Shown here piece after piece: positions 37,632 through 47,990 of a stretch of DNA of 64,000 bases. A program made the translations under genes and the position numbers. Origin of the DNA: a virus (taxonomy: Duplodnaviria > Caudoviricetes); IMG/VR virus record IMGVR_UViG_3300032224_000903, positions 1 through 64,000 of that record; one strand, written 5' to 3'. Every line of letters starts with the position of its first letter. Within the stretch, counting starts at the first letter, position 1. The notes under the pieces were generated by a model that did no database searches, was not told the origin of the DNA, and saw only the letters and a program-made list of their open reading frames with translations.

Positions 37632-37991
37632 CTATTTCCCCCATTTACCATTCTTTACTAATTGAGCAATGATGGAATAAACTGATAAGTCTTGATAAGT
37701 GTCATCCACCGCCTCCCCTACGTTGTCCTGAGCCCCTAAAACAACGAGTTGCTTAATTCTTTGGATCTTATCGTTCATACGGAACCAAAGTCCCATTTGG
37801 GATAGTTTACGGTCTTCCTCCTTACTTAAATCCTTACCTAAGGCGATGTTATCAGGACCATAATTGGACTGTTTCTTACAGAAAGTCTCATATTGGTCTC
37901 TCATTATTTTTTTGAATTCTTTGGTCATTTCGGGATACTTTTCCTCGATTTCTTTGATGACCGGATTTACTTGTGGTTTCTCTTCAGACAT
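37632..37991 (-). CDS. DUF1599 / nucleotide-modification-associated domain protein
   Basis: F..KQSNYG, RMNDKIQRI, D...DLSVY pattern. Confidence 0.75.
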   Translation of the reverse strand: MSEEKPQVNPVIKEIEEKYPEMTKEFKKIMRDQYETFCKKQSNYGPDNIALGKDLSKEEDRKLSQMGLWFRMNDKIQRIKQLVVLGAQDNVGEAVDDTYQDLSVYSIIAQLVKNGKWGK

Positions 37992-38063
37992 AAAATATCA
38001 TTTATATTATATAATAACGATTTTCTTTTGTAATACAAAATATTTATATAAAAACATATACAC

Positions 38064-38309
38064 ATGGCTTCTAAGAAATACCAAGAAATGCAGGCTTCAG
38101 GAGAAAAACCACATTCAGACCAACCTAAACACAAACAACTTATTAAAATGTTGACTTTCAGGGTTGTACCGGCTTATTACAAGGAAATCGAGAAGGTTGC
38201 AAATCATAAAGACATCACAGTTTCTAAATTAATTAGAACATACATTAAAGAAGGTATGAAAAGAGATGGTGAATTAACAGATAGAGAAGAAAAAAGCTTC
38301 GGTTTATAG
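38064..38309 (+). CDS. Ribbon-helix-helix DNA-binding protein
   Basis: MLTFRV..AYYKEIEKVA....ITVSKLIRTYI; TATTTATA 38041. Confidence 0.65.
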   Translation: MASKKYQEMQASGEKPHSDQPKHKQLIKMLTFRVVPAYYKEIEKVANHKDITVSKLIRTYIKEGMKRDGELTDREEKSFGL

Positions 38310-38317
38310 TATTATTT

Positions 38318-38647
38318 ATGGAAAAACAAATTATTACCGAAAATCAGGTAAAAGATATATTAGAAAAAGTTTTAATGGAACAAACCTCCAAGGTTTCACG
38401 TAATGAGTTCAGTAGAGTTCAGTTCAAGATTGAAGAATTACAAAATTCTCTTAATGAAACAGTTAAAGAATTAAGAAAATTGGAAGATTCTATTCCAAGT
38501 GGTTTACAAACCCTTACAAAATCAAGAGTTTCCATGATTTCTTCCAATTTGACCAATTCACAAAAATTGTTGGCAATTGTCAAAGACAAAATTAGAAATT
38601 ATAAGAGAAGTTTATATTCTCAACCTATAGAAGAAAAGAAAAAATGA
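38318..38647 (+). CDS. Tagged coiled-coil protein
   Basis: MEKQIITENQVKDILEKVLMEQ. Confidence 0.75.
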   Translation: MEKQIITENQVKDILEKVLMEQTSKVSRNEFSRVQFKIEELQNSLNETVKELRKLEDSIPSGLQTLTKSRVSMISSNLTNSQKLLAIVKDKIRNYKRSLYSQPIEEKKK

Positions 38648-38979
38648 TAAAATTTAGTGATTTATTGGTAGAATCGGAAAAAATAGGTTTTGACGAGTTT
38701 TCGGCGAAGAGATTAAAGGGTGCAACCAAAATTAGTGAAGATGCTAAGAAAAAGGGTGGTCCTGCTATGTTAACATACCACCATTTTAAGGTAAAATTAC
38801 CATATTATAAGAAAGCTTCTGAAGGTAAGTTCAAATTAGACGAGGCAAAAACAGAATTTAAAGAAAATCTTGATAAATTGTGTAAATTGACAGAAACTGT
38901 TGATATCCAACAAGTTGAGTTTCAAAAATTAGTGGGTTTAATTGAAGTTTTGGGTGAATTGATAATAAAACACTCTTAA
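38644..38979 (+). CDS. Tagged hypothetical protein
   Basis: MIKFSDLLVE. Confidence 0.75.
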   Translation: MIKFSDLLVESEKIGFDEFSAKRLKGATKISEDAKKKGGPAMLTYHHFKVKLPYYKKASEGKFKLDEAKTEFKENLDKLCKLTETVDIQQVEFQKLVGLIEVLGELIIKHS

Positions 38980-39341
38980 AGTAAACCATCTTTCTTCTTC
39001 ATTACTCGTTTTCCCTTTTTTGTGAGAAAAAACATCTCCTCAGTTGTATCATCTTCATATGAGTCAACTAATCCTTTCTCTTTTAATTCATATAATACAC
39101 TACCAGCCACAATTTCACGTAAAACCACCTCAAATTCATCATCATTGAACACTCCAAGGAATTCATCGTCTTCATTTTCTAATTCACCTAATATAAACTT
39201 CTCAGTTAGTTTATCTAAAAGGTATTTCTCGGCAAATACGGTAGATTGGATCTCGTAATCAGCAAAAAACTCACTTTCTGTTAAATCGGTTATAATCTCG
39301 TTAGTCATTTCAACTACGATAGGTTGGTATATTTTATTCAT
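38976..39341 (-). CDS. Acidic hypothetical protein (likely start MNKIYQP)
   Basis: ORF; upstream extension of the track ORF is low-complexity. Confidence 0.7.
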   Translation of the reverse strand: MNKIYQPIVVEMTNEIITDLTESEFFADYEIQSTVFAEKYLLDKLTEKFILGELENEDDEFLGVFNDDEFEVVLREIVAGSVLYELKEKGLVDSYEDDTTEEMFFLTKKGKRVMKKKDGLL

Positions 39342-39454
39342 TATCATTAAAATTGATCTATTACAAATAATAACCAAAAACAAATAAAAAAAGAAATTTG
39401 GATGACTTTTGTTTTCCACATTTATTTGTTATATTATATAAAAATTAATTATAC

Positions 39455-40708
39455 ATGAAGAAAGGAAAAATTTTCGTACAGATTGCATCTTACAGAGATC
39501 CTGAGTTAATCCCTACAATTGAGGATATGATTAACAAAGCAAAAAACCCACAAAATTTAACATTCGGTATCTGTTGGCAATATGATAGTAGTGAACCTAT
39601 TACGATGTTTGACGATATTGAACAATTTAGAATTAGTAAACATCATTATGGTGAAAGTGAAGGGTTAGGTTGGGCAAGACACATCACCAATACATTATAT
39701 GATGATGAAGAGTACACATTACAAATTGACTCACATCACAGATTTGTACAAGATTGGGATGTTATCGTTTTAGAAGATTTTAAACAAGCAAAGAAATTAT
39801 CTAAGAAACCCATAATTTCAACATATTGTACACCATTTAATCCAAAAGACAATGAAGATAAATGGATCCCAACTCCATGTTTAATGTCACAATATGAATT
39901 TAGCGGTGACAGATTATTGATGAGTATGCCTTGGTATATCCAAGATCATAAAACAAGAACTGAGGTTATTAAAGCAAGAACTATAAGTGGTCATTTCTAT
40001 TTTACTTATGGTAAATTTATTAAAGAAGTGCCATATGATCCAGATATCTATTTCGGTGGTTACACTGAAGAGACAACATTAAGTGTTCGTGCATTTACAA
40101 ATGGTTATGATTTTTATAGTCCATATCGTATGGTTATGTGGCATGAATATACGAGAAACTATCGTGTTAAACATTGGGACGATCACGGAACAAATAGTGA
40201 GACAAAGAAAACAAGCGGTCAACGTGATGTTTATGCTCGTAATAAAACCCGTCAATTATTTGGTACTGAGGAATACGGTATTGACATGGGCGTTTATGGT
40301 TTAGGTACTGATAGAACTTTACATGACTATGAAGTGTACGGCGGGTTTGATTTTAAAAAATGTATTATTCAAGATTATACATTAAAAGTTAAAGAACCAC
40401 CAAATCCGTCAGATTGGGAAAATCAATTTATTAAAAACAAATATGATTTAACTTTGGATTGGGATTTAGATTTCTTTAAGAAATTTGAATTTACTAAACC
40501 TAAATTTATGACTTTTGCTATTCATACAAGTGCGGGTATTGAATTATATAGAAAAGATTTTACAGTTGAGGAAAACCCTCAATATGTAAATTTAGAAAAT
40601 AATAAAACTACGGTTAATTTAGAGTGTATTGAGAAACCCGGTAAGATTGTAATGTATTTATTTGATGAAGATAAACAATGGAGTGATCGATACGAAAAAA
40701 CAATTTAA
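39455..40708 (+). CDS. GT60-like GlcNAc transferase (Skp1 hydroxyproline GlcNAc-T family)
   Basis: IFVQIASYRDPEL..TI, GLGWAR, LQIDSHHRF, PYDP..YF.G.EE...S.R.FT.G; TATATTATA 39430. Confidence 0.8.
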   Translation: MKKGKIFVQIASYRDPELIPTIEDMINKAKNPQNLTFGICWQYDSSEPITMFDDIEQFRISKHHYGESEGLGWARHITNTLYDDEEYTLQIDSHHRFVQDWDVIVLEDFKQAKKLSKKPIISTYCTPFNPKDNEDKWIPTPCLMSQYEFSGDRLLMSMPWYIQDHKTRTEVIKARTISGHFYFTYGKFIKEVPYDPDIYFGGYTEETTLSVRAFTNGYDFYSPYRMVMWHEYTRNYRVKHWDDHGTNSETKKTSGQRDVYARNKTRQLFGTEEYGIDMGVYGLGTDRTLHDYEVYGGFDFKKCIIQDYTLKVKEPPNPSDWENQFIKNKYDLTLDWDLDFFKKFEFTKPKFMTFAIHTSAGIELYRKDFTVEENPQYVNLENNKTTVNLECIEKPGKIVMYLFDEDKQWSDRYEKTI

Positions 40709-41886
40709 TGAGGATTGCATTTATAGTGATTGGTAATAGTAGAAGAAGTAACTATCTTAATAGTTACAATTTAAGATATGGTAATGGAGGAGGTTCAGGA
40801 ACCGACACTAGTTCTGTGTTGGTTGCTGAATATTTGGCTAAACAGGGACACGAGGTTGTTTTTGTTGCGGATAAATTAGATGAACCATTAGTTAATTTAT
40901 ATAAATCAAAAGGTATAGATTATGTTCCAGGACAAGAATACTACGGTGTAAAATATACAAACATTGAATTTGAAGGAATTGAAAATAAAACATTTGATGT
41001 TTTAGTTGGTATGTTATGGTTTCAAGATTATGATAAATTACCAATCACAGTTACCAAAACATTAATTTATTGGTCACATATGCAGTGGATATATGGAACT
41101 AAAGAATTTGTTACATATGCGGAAAAAAATAATTTATCTGTTGGGTTAGTTCATATTTCTAAATGGGAAGAAGAAATGAATAAAGATGTTTTTCCTTACA
41201 TTCAAAGCATTTATCAAAATTCCAAAAAAACAATAATACCAAATCCAATTTTTGATGAAATGATTAATGAAGTTTTAAATCAAAATATTCAAAAAAAGAA
41301 AAATAAATTTATATTTCACGCTCTTTGGACAAGAGGAGGTAATGTTGCGGTAGAGACTGTTAGAAATTTAAATTTAGAAGATAAAGAATTTCATGCGTTT
41401 GATTATTTAATGGTAATTCATGGACATGAAGATAATTTTTTTCGTAATCATCAAGGGGTTGATAAAAAAACATTATTTACTCATTTATCTGAAAGTGAAT
41501 ATTTTATTTATCCATTATATACACCATACAAAGATGTTCATAAAGATACATTTGCATGTACAGTTGCGGAAGCTTTAGCTTTAGGTGTAATTGTTGTAAC
41601 ATATCCATTAGGTGCTTTACCTGAAAATTATAAAGATTATTGTGTATGGTTAGATGCACCACCAAATACAAATTTAGATTTAATGCAAACGGAAAAGTTA
41701 TCTAAAGATGAAGAAGGTTTTTTTAATTATACGGAAAATATTGTAAATAAAATAAATTACTTAGAAAATAATCCAGAAATAAAAGAACACTATAGAAACG
41801 CAGGTAAACAGTATATTTTAGATAATTTTAATATTGATAAAATAGGTAAAATGTGGGAAAATTATATTAACGAATTAACAAATTAA
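40708..41886 (+). CDS. GT-B (GT4-like) glycosyltransferase
   Basis: DTFACTVAEALALGVIVVT.PLGALPE (E-x7-E-like) motif. Confidence 0.8.
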   Translation: MRIAFIVIGNSRRSNYLNSYNLRYGNGGGSGTDTSSVLVAEYLAKQGHEVVFVADKLDEPLVNLYKSKGIDYVPGQEYYGVKYTNIEFEGIENKTFDVLVGMLWFQDYDKLPITVTKTLIYWSHMQWIYGTKEFVTYAEKNNLSVGLVHISKWEEEMNKDVFPYIQSIYQNSKKTIIPNPIFDEMINEVLNQNIQKKKNKFIFHALWTRGGNVAVETVRNLNLEDKEFHAFDYLMVIHGHEDNFFRNHQGVDKKTLFTHLSESEYFIYPLYTPYKDVHKDTFACTVAEALALGVIVVTYPLGALPENYKDYCVWLDAPPNTNLDLMQTEKLSKDEEGFFNYTENIVNKINYLENNPEIKEHYRNAGKQYILDNFNIDKIGKMWENYINELTN

Positions 41887-42999
41887 ACATATGAGAATAG
41901 CGATAATTATAATCGGCAATACGAGAAGAAATAATTACTTAAATGGTCACAATTTAAGATATGGAGGAGGAGGAGCATCTGGTACAGATACAAGTTCTAT
42001 ATTAGTGGCAGAATATCTATCAAACCAAGGACATGATGTTGTTGTTTGTACGGATAGATTAGATCAACCCCTTGAGGATGAATTAATAAAAGAAGGGAAA
42101 ATATATACCCCTGGGTTAAAAAGTTATGGAGTAACATATACAAATCAAGATTTTGATGGGGTAGAAAATAAAGAATTTGATATATTGGTCAATATGTTAT
42201 GGTTTCAAGATTATGATAAATTACCGATTACGGTCACCAAAAGTGTCATATATTGGTGCCATATGCAATGGATGTTTGGGTTAGATGAAATTTTAAAATT
42301 CGCATTAAAAAATAATTTATCAATTGGAATTGTTAACGTATCTGATTGGCAAAGAGGTTGGTCTCAAGGTGTTATAGATACAATTAAAAATAGACACAGT
42401 AGGACAAAACAAATATTAATACCTAACCCAATATTTGATGAAATTATAAACGAAGTTAAAGAAGAAAATTTAACTAAAAAGGATGGTAAGTTTATTTTTC
42501 ACGCAACATGGCCAACAGGAGGTAATGTGGCATTAGATGTTGTACGACAATTAGACATAGAGAATAAAGAATTTCACGCATTAGATTATTTTATTAGTGT
42601 TGATAACCACGTAGATGAATTTTTTCATAATCATAAATCTTGTGATAGGAAAACATTATTTAGACACTTAGCCGAAAGTGATTACTTTATCTATCCATTA
42701 TATACAATACATAAAACAATTAGAAAAGATACATTTGCATGTACAGTTGCGGAAGCTTTAGCTTTAGGTGTAATTGTTGTAACATATCCATTAGGTGCTT
42801 TACCTGAAAATTATAAAGATTATTGTGTATGGTTAGATGCTCCTGAAGGTGTTGATATGAATAAAATACAAGAAGAAAATTTAGCGAGAGATGAGGATGG
42901 TTTATTTACTCAAACAAAACATATTGTTGATAAAATAAATTACTTAGAAAATAATCCAGAAATAAAAGAACACTATAGAAACGCAGGTAAACAGTATAT
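41542..42999 (+). repeat. Identical tracts shared by the tandem GT paralogs: 116 bp (41542-41657 = 42725-42840) and 70 bp (41747-41816 = 42930-42999)
   Basis: Base-by-base comparison. Confidence 0.9.
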
Positions 43000-43072
43000 A
43001 ATGGATACCTTTAATTTAGATAAGATAGGTAAAATTTGGGATGGATTTATTTATGAATTAATTAAATTATAA
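41891..43072 (+). CDS. GT-B (GT4-like) glycosyltransferase, paralog of 40708
   Basis: Same motifs as 40708. Confidence 0.8.
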   Translation: MRIAIIIIGNTRRNNYLNGHNLRYGGGGASGTDTSSILVAEYLSNQGHDVVVCTDRLDQPLEDELIKEGKIYTPGLKSYGVTYTNQDFDGVENKEFDILVNMLWFQDYDKLPITVTKSVIYWCHMQWMFGLDEILKFALKNNLSIGIVNVSDWQRGWSQGVIDTIKNRHSRTKQILIPNPIFDEIINEVKEENLTKKDGKFIFHATWPTGGNVALDVVRQLDIENKEFHALDYFISVDNHVDEFFHNHKSCDRKTLFRHLAESDYFIYPLYTIHKTIRKDTFACTVAEALALGVIVVTYPLGALPENYKDYCVWLDAPEGVDMNKIQEENLARDEDGLFTQTKHIVDKINYLENNPEIKEHYRNAGKQYIMDTFNLDKIGKIWDGFIYELIKL

Positions 43073-43076
43073 TATT

Positions 43077-43823
43077 ATGGAAGAACAAAAGTATGAATTA
43101 TTACCTTCGGTAATTGAGGTTAAAAATTATCATAATGACGAATCTGGATTTTTTAATGTTTTTATGCATTGTTGTATTGCGTGGGAATTAAGAAATAATA
43201 GAATATGGGAACCTCATTTACATGAAGTTTTTGAAAAGTATATCACTAAAGATAGTGTAGTATTGGAAGCGGGATGTCACATAGGTAGCCATAGTATTAA
43301 GTTATCTAAATTATCAAAAAAATTATACTGTTTTGAACCATTAAAGCAATCAAATGAAGTTTTAATGTTAAATTTAAATAATAATAATTGTAATAATACT
43401 ATTTTATCTAATAAAGGATTATCTGATGAAATTGGTACATCTTATTTTGATTGGATTCCAATCGGTAATTTAGGTGGATCAGGTTTAGTAAATAACCCAA
43501 TGGGAAATCCAGGTCATCCATCTTGGCTTAGTAAGGAAGATGAAAAATACAATATTGATTTAACAACAATAGATTCTTTAAATTTAGACCAATTAGATTT
43601 TATGAAATTAGACGTAGAGGGTTACGAACCTAAAGTTTTATTGGGTGGTATTAATACAATAAAAAAATATAGACCAATAATTACTTTAGAATCATGGTCC
43701 AATCATTTCGGGGGATTAGATTTTGAATATACAAAAAACCAATTTAAAATGTTATTAGATTTAAATTACACAATAACACAAATAAACCCTAATGGACCAG
43801 ATTGGTTATTTTTACCACAATAA
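43077..43823 (+). CDS. FkbM family methyltransferase
   Basis: VLEAGCHIG.HS, FEP, FMKLDVEGYE..VL.G. Confidence 0.85.
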   Translation: MEEQKYELLPSVIEVKNYHNDESGFFNVFMHCCIAWELRNNRIWEPHLHEVFEKYITKDSVVLEAGCHIGSHSIKLSKLSKKLYCFEPLKQSNEVLMLNLNNNNCNNTILSNKGLSDEIGTSYFDWIPIGNLGGSGLVNNPMGNPGHPSWLSKEDEKYNIDLTTIDSLNLDQLDFMKLDVEGYEPKVLLGGINTIKKYRPIITLESWSNHFGGLDFEYTKNQFKMLLDLNYTITQINPNGPDWLFLPQ

Positions 43824-43826
43824 TTT

Positions 43827-44486
43827 ATGAAGATACAAGATTTTTTTCAAAAGGGTTATTATATTAATTTAGATAGACGACCTGATAGAAATGAAGTTTT
43901 TAAGAGTGAAATGGGTAGGGTTGGATTAGGTGATTTTTTTGAAAGGGTTTCAGCTGAAGACGGGATTTTGGAACCTGACCATTTAAAAAAACATCATTAT
44001 TGCGCTTATACCCATTATAAATTGTTTCAAAAAATTTATGATGAAGGTCATGAATATGTTTTAGTGTTTGAGGATGATGCCTTTTTTTATGACGGATGGG
44101 ATAAATTTGGAATTGAATTGGTTGAAAATGCTTTAGATGAAATACAAAATTTTCCTGATTGGGATATGATTTATTTAGGGGGATGCCCAATAAGTAAAAT
44201 TAAAAAAGTATCTAATACATTATGTTCCGCTAATTTAATATTAAACGCTCACGCAATTGGATTTAAAAGATCAACAATTAAATTTGTATTGGATCATTAC
44301 ACCCCATTCCAAGATTCTTTTATTGATAGTTGGTATGGGGCGTATAAAGATATTAAAAAATATATAATTAACCCAATTGCAGTCCCTCAAGGACCAATGT
44401 CAAGTGATTTAGATACATTTGGACATAGTGCAACAATGAACACATATTTTAATTGTTATAAAACTGCTTTTGATAAAATAGACTAA
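43827..44486 (+). CDS. Glycosyltransferase family 25
   Basis: YYINLDRRPDR, H..L, LVFEDDA. Confidence 0.8.
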   Translation: MKIQDFFQKGYYINLDRRPDRNEVFKSEMGRVGLGDFFERVSAEDGILEPDHLKKHHYCAYTHYKLFQKIYDEGHEYVLVFEDDAFFYDGWDKFGIELVENALDEIQNFPDWDMIYLGGCPISKIKKVSNTLCSANLILNAHAIGFKRSTIKFVLDHYTPFQDSFIDSWYGAYKDIKKYIINPIAVPQGPMSSDLDTFGHSATMNTYFNCYKTAFDKID

Positions 44487-44488
44487 TA

Positions 44489-45319
44489 ATGAGAAAAATT
44501 TCAACACCATTTACTAATGATTATATAACCTGTCAATTAAGAGGTAGAACTGGTAACATGATGTTTGAACTTGCTCATGGTTATGTAAAGGCATTAAAAT
44601 ATAATAGACAATTTATTGCACCAAATGAAAATGGAGCTAACATTTTTAAAAATAATTTATTTAGAAAATTTGATTTTTTTAACATAAATCTTAATAATGA
44701 TATAGTTCATGGACCATTTGAATATACAATATTAGAACCTAATAATGGAAGACCAACCGTTTTCGAGGGATATTATCAATCTGAAAAATATTACAATGGA
44801 TATGATGAAGTAATTAAAGATTTATATTCCCCAACATTTGAATTCATAGATAGGGCAATCAAAGATTATCCATTTTTATTAAATTCCACCGTTGCAGCAA
44901 TAAATGTAAGAAGAGGCGATTATTTAACACAACCAAGACACCATCCGGTTATAACAAATGATTACATAAATGAATCTTATAAACATTTACCACCACACGA
45001 TGTTTTATTAGTTGTTTCGGATGACGTTGAGTGGTGTAAAGAAAATATAAAATTACCTAATGTAATTTTTAATGATAACGGTAAATATTTTAATCACGAG
45101 GCATTATGGTTATTATCCCTTTGTGATCATTTTATTATTTCAAATTCCACATTTAGTTGGTGGGGGGCTTGGTTATCTAGAACAGAAAATAAAGTTATAA
45201 TATCTCCAGATATTTGGTTTGGTCCAGATATCCCAATTAACCCTAAAGATATATGGTGTGAGAGTTGGATTAAAATAGCCACTAAATGGGTTGACGGTTT
45301 TATTGAATTAAAAAATTAA
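44489..45319 (+). CDS. Alpha-1,2-fucosyltransferase-like (GT11)
   Basis: GRTGNMMF, GYYQSEKY, VRRGDY, ISNSTFSWWGAWL. Confidence 0.85.
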   Translation: MRKISTPFTNDYITCQLRGRTGNMMFELAHGYVKALKYNRQFIAPNENGANIFKNNLFRKFDFFNINLNNDIVHGPFEYTILEPNNGRPTVFEGYYQSEKYYNGYDEVIKDLYSPTFEFIDRAIKDYPFLLNSTVAAINVRRGDYLTQPRHHPVITNDYINESYKHLPPHDVLLVVSDDVEWCKENIKLPNVIFNDNGKYFNHEALWLLSLCDHFIISNSTFSWWGAWLSRTENKVIISPDIWFGPDIPINPKDIWCESWIKIATKWVDGFIELKN

Positions 45320-45320
45320 T

Positions 45321-46402
<1,082 letters not shown>

Positions 46403-46406
<4 letters not shown>

Positions 46407-46546
46407 TTGGAGGTTTTCTTTTTTTCTTCAGGTTTCTTCAAACCTATTTTTAATTCTTCTCTTTTTTCACGAGCAATTTTTTCAAGTTGTTTATGTTGCT
46501 CTGAAATTTTCTTTCTCTCCTCATCGGACATTGCTAAAATTGCCAT
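46403..46546 (-). CDS. Small charged protein, 47 aa (not in track)
   Basis: MAILAMSDEERKKISEQHKQLEKIAREKREELKIGLKKPEEKKKTSN*; directly follows the 46549 gene. Confidence 0.6.
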
Positions 46547-46548
46547 AA

Positions 46549-46869
46549 CTATATTGTTTTATTTTCCATTATTTCTATTGAGTCGTCTCTCTTATGTTTT
46601 AACATCTCACATTTTTCGTATTCCTCTCTATCTTCAAAAATAATAATCAAGGCATCCAATATCTCAATGTAAAGTTGTAAATCATTATCATAAGATAAGA
46701 TAGTACAGGTATTATTATACTCATTTAATATCTCATTGTCAACGGCAACCATAAAATTGGATATCATCTCCAATTCATCCTCATCATAATTGTCATTATG
46801 TAAGACCCTTGTTGATTGTAAAAGAAAGTTGGATGACATACTCATACTATTATCATAAATATCACTCAT
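46549..46869 (-). CDS. Acidic hypothetical protein with UVR-like C-terminus
   Basis: EDREEYEKC..LK. Confidence 0.65.
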   Translation of the reverse strand: MSDIYDNSMSMSSNFLLQSTRVLHNDNYDEDELEMISNFMVAVDNEILNEYNNTCTILSYDNDLQLYIEILDALIIIFEDREEYEKCEMLKHKRDDSIEIMENKTI

Positions 46870-47189
46870 ATAATGTCTTTTAATTTTTTATCTAGTATCT
46901 TAAAGCACTCCAAGAATCCCTCCACCTCAGTTTCATCTCTCGTAGATAAAGAATCTTGCGTTGGACCAAATATCACCCCATTTTTAAGTGATACTGAAAA
47001 TACCCATTGGTTTGGGTTATACATTTCAATTGTTAGGTACACACCTTCCTTATCAAAAAACTGATAAAGTTTTTTTGAGTCATACAACCCTAAAGTTGAT
47101 AGACTTATAACCCCAACATTTGGAAACATAACACTCTTAAACCGTTCAAAAGCAACGGGATACAAATATTCAATAACATACCAATCCAT
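46866..47189 (-). CDS. Hypothetical protein
   Basis: 107 aa ORF coupled to 46549. Confidence 0.7.
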   Translation of the reverse strand: MDWYVIEYLYPVAFERFKSVMFPNVGVISLSTLGLYDSKKLYQFFDKEGVYLTIEMYNPNQWVFSVSLKNGVIFGPTQDSLSTRDETEVEGFLECFKILDKKLKDII

Positions 47190-47284
47190 ATTACTAATAA
47201 TAAGAAAAATATCTCTATTTTGTATCTATAAAGGGTATATTTTTTGATTTTGATTGAAATCAATATAATTATGATTGTTTAGCC

Positions 47285-47524
47285 ATGTATATAAGAGAAT
47301 TTTATTATAATGACGATAACAGAATGTTATACGTTGAATTTTCCACCGATAATGATGGAGACGATACCTATAGGGTATTGGAATTAACTGTTGAGGACGT
47401 CATGTATTACTCTCCTGGTATCATCCATGAAAATGATATGTATGACATAGAGGAAAATGATGTAATTGACATGATCAATCAATATTCAACCGAAAATGAC
47501 TTACCCGAAGAATCAATTTTGTAA
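47285..47524 (+). CDS. Acidic hypothetical protein
   Basis: 79 aa ORF. Confidence 0.7.
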   Translation: MYIREFYYNDDNRMLYVEFSTDNDGDDTYRVLELTVEDVMYYSPGIIHENDMYDIEENDVIDMINQYSTENDLPEESIL

Positions 47525-47536
47525 TATTTATATAAT

Positions 47537-47908
47537 ATGAGTTTTTTAACTGACGAGAAAAAGGAGATATTAGACAAGTTTGTCCTATTTGTAAAGGAAC
47601 AATTGGAACTTAAAACTGTTCCTACTGTTAAGATACAAAACAATAGAGACGGTCTAAAAACGACCGCAAACTACGACTACACCAAAGAAAACAAGATTAT
47701 TAAGGTATGTGCTAAGAACCGAGCATTAGTGGATGTATGTAGAAGTATTGCTCATGAGATGGTTCACCACAAACAATTTGAACAAGGACGTCTTAAAGTT
47801 CAACCACCCGATATTGGAGGTGAAATAGAGGATGAGGCTAACGCTAAGGCGGGTCAGTTTATCAAAATGTACTCCAAAGAAGATCCAAATATTTACAACG
47901 AAGATTAA
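47537..47908 (+). CDS. Small HExxH metallopeptidase-like protein
   Basis: SIAHEMVHHKQ...EDEANAKAG; TATTTATA 47525. Confidence 0.7.
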   Translation: MSFLTDEKKEILDKFVLFVKEQLELKTVPTVKIQNNRDGLKTTANYDYTKENKIIKVCAKNRALVDVCRSIAHEMVHHKQFEQGRLKVQPPDIGGEIEDEANAKAGQFIKMYSKEDPNIYNED

Positions 47909-47990
47909 AATCTTTCTTTTTAACCCAAAAAAGGGTATTTTTCCCTATACCAATATCGTATTCAAAAGTTTTATTGGATATTTATAGACT

